A DNA stretch of 58,892 bases from a virus (Duplodnaviria > Caudoviricetes): positions 1-58,892 of the IMG/VR virus record IMGVR_UViG_3300007516_000020; one strand, given 5' to 3'. The position numbers were made by a program, and so were the translations under genes. Positions 8,344 to 14,417 of the stretch are shown here, piece after piece. How positions within the stretch are numbered: position 1 is the stretch's first letter; the number at the start of each line of letters is the position of its first letter. The notes below the pieces were generated by a model, which had not been told where the DNA came from, did not search any database, and saw only the letters and a list, made by a program, of their open reading frames with translations.

Positions 8344-8560
8344 TTGTTGATAGGCAATCCAACGTAGTGTTGGATGGGACGCCAGGGAAAGTGCCACGTG
8401 CAACTCTTTCCCAGTCAGCGGCTCCATTGTTGATAGGCAATCCAACGTAGTGTTGGATGGGACGCCAGGGAAAGTGCCACGTGCAACTCTTTTCCGGTCA
8501 GCGGCTCCATTGTTGATAGGCAAACCAACGTAGTGTTGGATGGGACGCCAGGGAAAGTGC
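8331..8560 (+). repeat. 83-bp tandem repeat (about 2.8 copies) beginning with the tRNA-Thr 3' end
   Basis: gtcagcggctccattgttgatagg starts at 8331, 8414, 8497. Confidence 0.92.
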
Positions 8561-8653
8561 AACTCTTTCAGACCCTATCGAATAGCGCGGAAATGGGTGT
8601 AGCGCGATACAAATAGCCCGTACATTTTCCTCTTGAGAAACAGAGGATCGATT

Positions 8654-8728
8654 GTGATCGTAGCATAAGTAGTAATGCGCTAGTTTGTGGCACTAGTTAA
8701 GAGGGTGCAAGTCCCTTCGATCACCCCA
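8654..8728 (+). tRNA. tRNA-His(GTG)
   Basis: ctagt-tt GTG gc-actag; C73; -1 base is T. Confidence 0.88.
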
Positions 8729-8758
8729 TAGCCAATCATGACGATTGGCACGAAGCAT

Positions 8759-8808
8759 GATAGCATCCACCTGAGACGTGGACTGTGAGCAACAGGGAAA
8801 CTGCTATC
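8759..8808 (+). ncRNA. unidentified three-way-junction RNA with CTGAGAC loop
   Basis: gatagca/tgctatc, tccac/gtgga, ctgt/acag. Confidence 0.4.
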
Positions 8809-8815
8809 GATATAC

Positions 8816-8891
8816 GGGCCCTTAGCTCATTCAGGAGAGCGCCGCACTTGCAATGCGGAGGTGGTCGGAGCAAAGCCGACAGGGTCCACCA
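8816..8891 (+). tRNA. tRNA-Ala(TGC)
   Basis: ccgca-ct TGC aa-tgcgg; G3:U70. Confidence 0.9.
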
Positions 8892-8950
8892 TAAAGTCCT
8901 GGTAGGGATTTAGAAGGCAGAATATCGGGACCAGAATTTTGAGAAAATAT

Positions 8951-9025
8951 CTAGGTGTGGGTCAATGGCAGACCACTCGGTTTGGGGCCGAGACCATGCA
9001 GGTTCGAGTCCTGTCACCTAGACCA
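8951..9025 (+). tRNA. tRNA-Pro(TGG)
   Basis: ctcgg-tt TGG gg-ccgag; C1:G72. Confidence 0.92.
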
Positions 9026-9097
9026 CTAACTCGGCACAATCGCTATTGTGCGATGCCCCCACGGTTCGGTGGGGTTAGAGTGCCGGCACTAAAATAC

Positions 9098-9172
9098 GCT
9101 CCCATCGAATACTGGCTAGTTCATCTGGCTTTCAACCAGAAAAAGAGAGATCGATACTCTCTGGGAGCACCA
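9098..9172 (+). tRNA. tRNA-Glu(TTC)
   Basis: tctgg-ct TTC aa-ccaga. Confidence 0.88.
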
Positions 9173-9183
9173 TTAGAATAGAC

Positions 9184-9261
9184 GCCGGCGTGAAGGGAAT
9201 TGGTATACCTGTTTGGTCGAGAGCCAGACGCTTGTGGGTTCGACTCCCACCGACGGCACCA
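9184..9261 (+). tRNA. tRNA-Leu(GAG), short variable loop, C33
   Basis: tttgg-tc GAG ag-ccaga; Leu-type D-loop GGTATAC; A73; one acceptor mismatch. Confidence 0.7.
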
Positions 9262-9271
9262 AAAGAATTAT

Positions 9272-9347
9272 AGCGGGTGGATGGGGATAGTTCTCCTATT
9301 GGGCTCATAACCCGATGTCCGTAGTGCAATTCTACGACCCGCAACCA
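9272..9347 (+). tRNA. initiator tRNA-fMet(CAT)
   Basis: three G:C pairs in anticodon stem; 1:72 mismatch. Confidence 0.85.
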
Positions 9348-9355
9348 CATAGTAC

Positions 9356-9429
9356 TGCGGTAAGCACAAGCGTAGCAGAACGATTTCATAAGTCGTTTCT
9401 AGAGGGTGCGACTCCCTCTACCGCAACCA
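9356..9429 (+). tRNA. tRNA-Met(CAT) elongator (Ile2 not excluded)
   Basis: acgat-tt CAT aa-gtcgt; weak D-stem. Confidence 0.75.
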
Positions 9430-9436
9430 ACTTTGT

Positions 9437-9513
9437 GCGCCTGTAGCCCAACGGCAGGAGGCGACGGTCTTAGAAGCCGTACAGTACAGGTTCAAATCCT
9501 GTCAGGCGCACCA
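9437..9513 (+). tRNA. tRNA-Leu(TAG), short variable loop
   Basis: acggt-ct TAG aa-gccgt. Confidence 0.88.
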
Positions 9514-9525
9514 TAATAGAATTAT

Positions 9526-9600
9526 GGGTTGCAAGCTTTCAAAGTGAAGCTCCCGGCTTTTAACCGGAGGAACTCGGCGCGATACCGAGGCGACCCACCA
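9526..9600 (+). tRNA. tRNA-Lys(TTT)
   Basis: ccgg-ct TTT aa-ccgg; T-loop CGCGATA. Confidence 0.85.
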
Positions 9601-9673
9601 ACGAATTGCTCAGTGTACGAGTCAATGGAAGTTGTTTTGATGTCTTTGACTCAGATACGAAGCACGAATTTAG

Positions 9674-9740
9674 CGAGGCTCTACAATTACTGAGACACCG
9701 TAGAGCGTAAAGGGAAATGGAGTTAGTAATTTCCCCCTCG
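9674..9740 (+). ncRNA. unidentified junction RNA with CTGAGAC-containing loop
   Basis: cgag/ctcg, gctctac/gtagagc, gggaaat/atttccc. Confidence 0.4.
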
Positions 9741-9749
9741 TAAAGTCAC

Positions 9750-9839
9750 GCACCCGCGCCTTGATAGGCAGAGGGGCCTTATAAGCCCGTCGCTCTAGAT
9801 CAGAGCCTTGACTGGGTTTGATTCCCAGCGGGTGTACCA
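9750..9839 (+). tRNA. non-canonical long-variable-arm tRNA with UAU anticodon (allo-tRNA-like)
   Basis: gggc-ct TAT aa-gccc; V-arm gctct/agagc; 4-nt D-loop; folds as 7/5 or 8/4; CCA. Confidence 0.75.
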
Positions 9840-9859
9840 TACATATAAAGGGGATGCTC

Positions 9860-10072
9860 ATGAAGGTCAAGGACAGAAACTTAAAAGTTTTGGTCGATGT
9901 AGCCGAGAAAGGTTGTCAGGGGTTCAAGTGCTACTGGCCGCGCCCAGACCCAGGCGTCTTCACTCAAGGCTCTGGATATCGGTCCCGCGACCCATCTGGC
10001 AAAACCAAGCCCGGTTGGTTGTGCGGCACCCGAGAAATACGTGGTTGCCCGGACAATCCTGTACCACGATAG
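9860..10072 (+). CDS. small Cys-containing hypothetical protein
   Basis: AAGGGG RBS; part of ORF 9818..10072. Confidence 0.5.
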   Translation: MKVKDRNLKVLVDVAEKGCQGFKCYWPRPDPGVFTQGSGYRSRDPSGKTKPGWLCGTREIRGCPDNPVPR

Positions 10073-10145
10073 ATGACCCGAAACACAGGGATTCTGGTGT
10101 ACACAAGTGTACACATTAGAATTCTCTAATGTTGAAGAAAAGCCC

Positions 10146-10173
10146 TTGACTTATTTCCTCGTTATGCTATAAT
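10146..10173 (+). promoter_or_regulatory. sigma70-type promoter
   Basis: TTGACT-16-TATAAT with TGn. Confidence 0.7.
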
Positions 10174-10186
10174 TAGAGCATAGGGA

Positions 10187-10402
10187 ATGGAGAACAAGAT
10201 GACTGAGAACAAAAATAGGAACATCATCATTGCCCAGTTCACCAACCACGATGATGCAATGACCGCATTCGTTGTTGAGTCGTTTCTAGGTGGATACGGT
10301 GTCTCCCTTCGCGACGACGACTCCGGCGAGTTCGTCGGATTCGCGATCCACGGCATCAAGAGCTTAGGGACCGCGATTGCTAAGGCGAAGGAAGTGCTTT
10401 AA
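10187..10402 (+). CDS. hypothetical protein
   Basis: promoter upstream; start 10187 or 10199. Confidence 0.65.
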   Translation: MENKMTENKNRNIIIAQFTNHDDAMTAFVVESFLGGYGVSLRDDDSGEFVGFAIHGIKSLGTAIAKAKEVL

Positions 10403-10462
10403 ATAAGGCTTGTATTAGTGATAACGTAGTCTATAGTGTTTTCAACGCAAAGGAGACTTATA

Positions 10463-10738
10463 ATGGAAATGTCAGAGCATGAATTGGTGACGGTCTCGAC
10501 GCCTGGTGGGGACCTACATTATCGCCTGCACGATGGCGAGATTGTTCAACAATGGGTCGAGGGAGAGGGAGAGTGGGTGGATCAAACCAGTAGTGGGCCG
10601 AAAGATGAAGTGGCATTGACCCAACTCTCGGTGACTCCTGGCCATGTATTTTACGCGACGAGGTTCGGGGAACGGTGGCAGTGGGTTCAGACGACAGAAC
10701 AGTGGATGATGGTCACCGGCAAACATATTTCGGCGTGA
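10463..10738 (+). CDS. hypothetical protein
   Basis: AAGGAG RBS. Confidence 0.65.
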   Translation: MEMSEHELVTVSTPGGDLHYRLHDGEIVQQWVEGEGEWVDQTSSGPKDEVALTQLSVTPGHVFYATRFGERWQWVQTTEQWMMVTGKHISA

Positions 10739-10752
10739 AGAGACTCAATAAC

Positions 10753-10836
10753 GGAGGTATAGTCTCGTACGGCGCGAGGGCTGGCTGTAAACCAGTTGTT
10801 AATACCCAGAGGGTTCGATTCCTTCTACCTCCACCA
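10753..10836 (+). tRNA. tRNA-Tyr(GTA)
   Basis: gctgg-ct GTA aa-ccagt. Confidence 0.88.
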
Positions 10837-10845
10837 TAATGCCAA

Positions 10846-10929
10846 TAGTCACTGTGAAGAGACTCAAGAGTAGTAGCATACCGCGGGGAAGGCATGGGGG
10901 AGGACCTGGTTCAATTCCAGGCATGACTA
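10846..10929 (+). ncRNA. tRNA-like RNA or pseudo-tRNA with intact T-arm, no CCA
   Basis: tagtca/tgacta closing stem; cctgg-ttcaatt-ccagg. Confidence 0.45.
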
Positions 10930-11060
10930 CATAAGATCAGATATCTTGTAGGCATATAAGATGTACAGCGTGTAGGCATACAAGCTGTGTGGCGTGTACA
11001 GCCGTGATCGGAGTAGTCATGGAGTATGATGGATTGTATACCCCTGTATTTTGGAGTCAG

Positions 11061-11204
11061 ATGAAAGTTTACAAGAAGAAGCGCCGAAGTTGCCCAATGT
11101 GCAAACCAAATAAGATGGGGATAGAGCCCTGTTGGACAGCGAAGGATCTTGATAGACTGAAGCGAATGGAAAAGGAAGCGAGAGAAATAAAGAGAACAGA
11201 TTAG
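11061..11204 (+). CDS. small basic protein with CxxC (RSCPMCKP)
   Basis: GGAG RBS; 3' part of ORF 10989..11204. Confidence 0.5.
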   Translation: MKVYKKKRRSCPMCKPNKMGIEPCWTAKDLDRLKRMEKEAREIKRTD

Positions 11205-11210
11205 AAATAT

Positions 11211-11286
11211 GCACTCGGAGCCTGTAGGATGGGCGCTTGATTGTCAATCAAGAATAAAGCGGGATCGTTACCCGTCGAGTGCGCCA
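11211..11286 (+). tRNA. tRNA-Asp(GTC)
   Basis: cttga-tt GTC aa-tcaag; G73. Confidence 0.85.
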
Positions 11287-11290
11287 TGAT

Positions 11291-11364
11291 GTCGATGTAG
11301 CCAAGGGGATTGGCACCGGTCTGCAAAACCGTTTACGTTGGTTCGATTCCAACCATCGACTCCA
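11291..11364 (+). tRNA. tRNA-Cys(GCA)
   Basis: cggt-ct GCA aa-accg; U73. Confidence 0.9.
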
Positions 11365-11372
11365 TACAATAC

Positions 11373-11447
11373 GCACTGCAAGCATTAGTGGTGATGCTTC
11401 CGGCTCTTAACCGGAAGAACCGAGTTCGACTCTCGGGCGGTGCACCA
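11373..11447 (+). tRNA. tRNA-Lys(CTT)
   Basis: tccgg-ct CTT aa-ccgga. Confidence 0.9.
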
Positions 11448-11450
11448 TAT

Positions 11451-11524
11451 AGGGATATCGTCTAATAGCAAGACAACAGGCTTTGAACCTGTGAACCTAG
11501 GGGCGGTACCTAGTATCCCTTCCA
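11451..11524 (+). tRNA. tRNA-Gln(TTG)
   Basis: acagg-ct TTG aa-cctgt; T-loop GGCGGTA. Confidence 0.85.
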
Positions 11525-11535
11525 TAGAGGTTATC

Positions 11536-12048
11536 ATGACAGTCTTTTTGACAGCGGATACACATTTCGGCCACGCGGGTATCTGTACATTCTTGAATGC
11601 AGATGGAACGAAAGTGCGACCCTGGACTGATGTTGCCGAGATGGATGAAGAGTTGGTCAAGCGGTGGAATGAAGTCGTAAAGCCAACAGACAAAGTGTAT
11701 CACCTGGGCGATGTGGTGATCAGCCGAAAGGCACTAGCGATCCTGGGTCGTTTGAATGGGGACAAGGTACTTATCAAGGGAAATCATGACATCTTCAAGG
11801 TGTCTGACTATCTGAAGTATTTTCGTGATATCCGTAGTTACCATGTGACGGATAAGCTGATTTTATCGCATATCCCTATTCACCCCGATAGCAAAGGTCG
11901 CTTTCGTGGAAATGTTCATGGACACTTGCATGGGCGAGCATTAGAGGATACGTGGTATCAGTGTGTATGTGTTGAGCATACAGATTATCGACCAATTGCT
12001 TTTGAGGAGATTCAAAGAAGGACTAACAAAGGAATTATTGCGGATTAG
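11536..12048 (+). CDS. calcineurin-like metallophosphoesterase
   Basis: DTHFGH, HLGDV, KGNHD, SHIP, HGHLH; stop lies inside next tRNA. Confidence 0.9.
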   Translation: MTVFLTADTHFGHAGICTFLNADGTKVRPWTDVAEMDEELVKRWNEVVKPTDKVYHLGDVVISRKALAILGRLNGDKVLIKGNHDIFKVSDYLKYFRDIRSYHVTDKLILSHIPIHPDSKGRFRGNVHGHLHGRALEDTWYQCVCVEHTDYRPIAFEEIQRRTNKGIIAD

Positions 12049-12112
12049 CCAAACGGCCAGGCAGTGGACTCTGAATCCACCTAACAAGGTTCGACTCCTT
12101 GATCCGCAACCA
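12039..12112 (+). tRNA. tRNA-Gln(CTG)
   Basis: gtgga-ct CTG aa-tccac; U1:A72. Confidence 0.9.
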
Positions 12113-12129
12113 AATATCGCAGAATGTAT

Positions 12130-12207
12130 TCCGGTCTAGCATTCAGGGTGAGTGCGCTCCGCTGTTAACGGAGAACGAGCCAGGTTCGATCCCTGGGACC
12201 GGAGCCA
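12130..12207 (+). tRNA. tRNA-Asn(GTT)
   Basis: ctccg-ct GTT aa-cggag; G73. Confidence 0.9.
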
Positions 12208-12211
12208 ACAT

Positions 12212-12285
12212 GCTCCTATAGCACAATGGTAGTGCGACCGCCTGAAGAGCGGTACACCGAGGTTCGATTCCTCGTGGGAGCGCCA
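12212..12285 (+). tRNA. tRNA-Phe(GAA)
   Basis: accgc-ct GAA ga-gcggt. Confidence 0.88.
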
Positions 12286-12292
12286 AGAGAAT

Positions 12293-12367
12293 GCGGGTGT
12301 GGCAGAATGGTTTTGCACTTCCTTGCCAAGGAAGACTACGCGGGTTCGATCCCCGCCACCCGCTCCA
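12293..12367 (+). tRNA. tRNA-Gly(GCC)
   Basis: cttcc-tt GCC aa-ggaag; U73. Confidence 0.92.
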
Positions 12368-12544
12368 TTAGAGATCCAGGGCGTAGGAAAGTCGCCCCTC
12401 AAGAAACAATAGAGAAAATTCGACAAGGTGTTTTGAAATATAATGCGGGTTTGGTATAGAAGCTGTGCCTCAGCCTTCCAAGCTGAAGAGGCCGTTGCGA
12501 GTACGGCAACCCGCTCCATTAGAGATCCAGGGCGTAGGAAAGTC
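12358..12544 (+). repeat. 36-bp direct repeat (12358-12393 and 12509-12544): Gly 3' end, spacer, Pro 5' end
   Basis: acccgctccattagagatccagggcgtaggaaagtc twice. Confidence 0.9.
12445..12518 (+). tRNA. tRNA-Gly(TCC)
   Basis: tcagc-ct TCC aa-gctga; U73. Confidence 0.85.
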
Positions 12545-12605
12545 TGGTTGATCCTCTCCCCTCGGAAGGGAGAAATCGGTGGTTCAAATCCACCCGCCCT
12601 GACCA
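12528..12605 (+). tRNA. tRNA-Pro(CGG)
   Basis: ctccc-ct CGG aa-gggag; C1:G72; A37. Confidence 0.9.
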
Positions 12606-12634
12606 AAATGAGTGCTTGACATTGATATACTATT

Positions 12635-12709
12635 GCCCTGTAAGACTAGAAAGCGAGTTGCCTGTTTCGTAAGCAGGAGAGAACGATGCAAGTTCGTTAC
12701 GGGGCTCCA
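12635..12709 (+). tRNA. tRNA-Thr(CGT)
   Basis: cctgt-tt CGT aa-gcagg. Confidence 0.82.
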
Positions 12710-12715
12710 TTATAT

Positions 12716-12792
12716 GCTGGTGTAGACCAAGGGCAGAGTCACCAAACTTAAAATCTGGACAAGTGCAGGTTCGATTCCTGTCACCAGCACCA
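12716..12792 (+). tRNA. tRNA-Leu(TAA), short variable loop
   Basis: ccaaa-ct TAA aa-tctgg. Confidence 0.82.
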
Positions 12793-12796
12793 ATAC

Positions 12797-12873
12797 GCCG
12801 AAGTGATGCAACTGGCAGACATGGCTGATTCAAAACCAGTCTCTTGTGGGTTCGACTCCCACCTTCGGCACCA
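12797..12873 (+). tRNA. tRNA-Leu(CAA), short variable loop
   Basis: gctga-tt CAA aa-ccagt; GGCAGAC D-loop. Confidence 0.82.
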
Positions 12874-12918
12874 ATGCGTAGATTAGAGTAGGTTTTCTCC
12901 GCAAAATAGAAAGGAAAA

Positions 12919-13198
12919 TAGGACAACTAAACCATCACAAGTCTTACGACTTGAGGAACTTCGGGACACCAAGAACAGGACAGTGGCTAACGACCACCCA
13001 GAGTAATCTGAGGATTAGAGCCACAGTGACGATGCCGCGCAAGCGGAGTGAAACGAGCAATCTCTGTCCGGTGCAACTCCAAATAGGCTGGTGTGCTGTT
13101 CGCACAAGACCCAGCGGGTAGGAGGCTTGAGGGTATCAGTAATGATACTCCTAGAGAAATGATGGTTCACGACAGAATCCCGGGTATCGGTTGTCCTA
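12919..13198 (+). ncRNA. rnpB: RNase P RNA, compact bacterial type A
   Basis: P1 taggacaac/gttgtccta; P2 aaccatca/tgatggtt; GAGGAACTTCGGGA pairs with ACAGAATCCCGGGT (P4); GCCACAG; GTGAAACG; CAAATAGG; CGGGTAG; P6 gaaca/tgttc; P18. Confidence 0.92.
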
Positions 13199-13206
13199 CA
13201 ATTTAC

Positions 13207-13281
13207 GCCCTCAAAGAATAGATAGCGATTCGCCACCTTGGTAAGGTGGATAGACCGGCGCAAGTCCGGTTGAGGGCTCCA
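13207..13281 (+). tRNA. tRNA-Thr(GGT)
   Basis: ccacc-tt GGT aa-ggtgg. Confidence 0.87.
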
Positions 13282-13289
13282 TGAAATAC

Positions 13290-13364
13290 GCACCGCGAGC
13301 CGGTTGAATAGGCACCTGCCCTACAAGCAGATTCAAAGAGGTTTGATTCCTCTGCGGTGCACCA
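13290..13364 (+). tRNA. tRNA-Val(TAC), C33
   Basis: ctgc-cc TAC aa-gcag. Confidence 0.82.
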
Positions 13365-13441
13365 TGAGGTTGCAATGACACGCAACCAGACCGAAGTGTT
13401 ACTAGAAGATATGTTTCAGTGCGCGGCCGTAAAGAAATAAT

Positions 13442-13518
13442 GTCCCTGTGGTCCAGATGGAAAAGACGCCTCCCTGCGAAGGAGGAGATCGGTGGTTCAA
13501 GTCCACCCAGGGACACCA
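13442..13518 (+). tRNA. tRNA-Arg(GCG)
   Basis: cctcc-ct GCG aa-ggagg; A20. Confidence 0.88.
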
Positions 13519-13643
13519 TAAGAAAGGAACGTGATTGGACGTTCCTATTTTGATCGGGGATCTATGTTTGCTTTTACATTGCTGTTCTTATATGAGTTTT
13601 TTCTGTTTAGGCAAGCAGCAAAGTACTACGGTATGAAATAGAG

Positions 13644-13731
13644 GGAAGATTGGCAGAGAGGCCTATTGCGCTGGTTTGCTAAACCATGCGGGGTAACACC
13701 CACGAAGGTTCGAATCCTTCATCTTCCGCCA
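13644..13731 (+). tRNA. tRNA-Ser(GCT)
   Basis: long V-arm, G73, tt GCT aa. Confidence 0.92.
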
Positions 13732-13737
13732 TGTTTT

Positions 13738-13825
13738 GGAAGGTTCACCGGACAGGCGCGCCGGGACCGTCTCGAAAGCGGATCGAGGGTAACACCTTGG
13801 GGATCAAGACCTCAGCCTTCCGCCA
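13738..13825 (+). tRNA. tRNA-Ser(CGA)
   Basis: long V-arm, G73, ct CGA aa. Confidence 0.85.
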
Positions 13826-13842
13826 TTGTTATGAAAGGATAT

Positions 13843-14196
13843 ATGTCTCTTTTTGATGTTCTTGGTAATCCTAATAAGACTCCTGTCATATCCGCGGCCG
13901 TGGAATTGTACGCTGAGAGGTTGGAGGAACAAAATCATCGAGTGAAGATATTCGACACACCAAAGGGATTGTGTATGTCGTGTTACATGTCGCACATTTA
14001 TCGGTCACCGAAACTCGAAGGTGGGAACTGGCATATCACTTGTACGGTTCCCAAAGGACCATCACTCATTATGCCCGACGATATCTCTTACTGCAATCGC
14101 TTCGAGAAGAAGGGTGAACAGACACTTGATGATATGAAGCGGGTAGCAAGACTCATTGAAAAAGAAGATGGGAAAAAGGTTGGATTCACGGCATAA
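13843..14196 (+). CDS. hypothetical protein with CxxC (possible Zn-binding)
   Basis: AAGGA RBS; 3' part of ORF 13666..14196. Confidence 0.65.
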   Translation: MSLFDVLGNPNKTPVISAAVELYAERLEEQNHRVKIFDTPKGLCMSCYMSHIYRSPKLEGGNWHITCTVPKGPSLIMPDDISYCNRFEKKGEQTLDDMKRVARLIEKEDGKKVGFTA

Positions 14197-14199
14197 TAT

Positions 14200-14287
14200 G
14201 GAAGAGTGACCGAGAGGCTAATGGTGCTCGCTTGGAAAGCGATGCGGTGTAACAGCCACGCAGGTTCAAATCCTGTCTCTTCCGCCA
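14200..14287 (+). tRNA. tRNA-Ser(GGA)
   Basis: long V-arm, G73, tt GGA aa. Confidence 0.92.
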
Positions 14288-14297
14288 TAATTAGTGC

Positions 14298-14326
14298 TTG
14301 ACATTCTTAGTCAGTTTGTGTATAAT
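14298..14326 (+). promoter_or_regulatory. consensus sigma70 promoter abutting tRNA-Ser(TGA)
   Basis: TTGACA-17-TATAAT. Confidence 0.7.
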
Positions 14327-14327
14327 T

Positions 14328-14417
14328 GGAAGTGTAATCAGGCGAGCGTACTGGGACCGCCTTGAAAGCGGATCGGCGGTGAAAGCCGTTGGGGTGCAAG
14401 TCCTCACACTTCCGCCA
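14328..14417 (+). tRNA. tRNA-Ser(TGA)
   Basis: long V-arm, G73, ct TGA aa. Confidence 0.87.

Noticed and set aside
8375-8400. RNase P fragment (CAGGGAAAGTGCCAC resembles J11/12)
   Set aside because: Explained by a 7-nt insertion in a T-arm-like hairpin; no other RNase P elements nearby.
8331-8560. CRISPR array
   Set aside because: Whole 83-bp units repeat with no unique spacers, and there is no cas operon in the window.
8759-8808. Hammerhead ribozyme or TPP riboswitch
   Set aside because: CUGANGA core and NUH site are not correctly placed; CTGAGA lacks the rest of the TPP aptamer.
9750-9839. Ochre suppressor (TTA), tRNA-Sec or tRNA-Pyl; recoded genome
   Set aside because: Stem register centres TAT in the 7-nt loop; TAA, TAG and TGA all end recognisable genes normally.
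12616-12634. Promoter at TTGACA 12616
   Set aside because: TATACT follows after only 4 nt; likely a deleted promoter remnant.
12136-13519. Minus-strand ORFs over the tRNA array
   Set aside because: Antisense shadows of tRNA and RNase P genes; no RBS or protein motifs.
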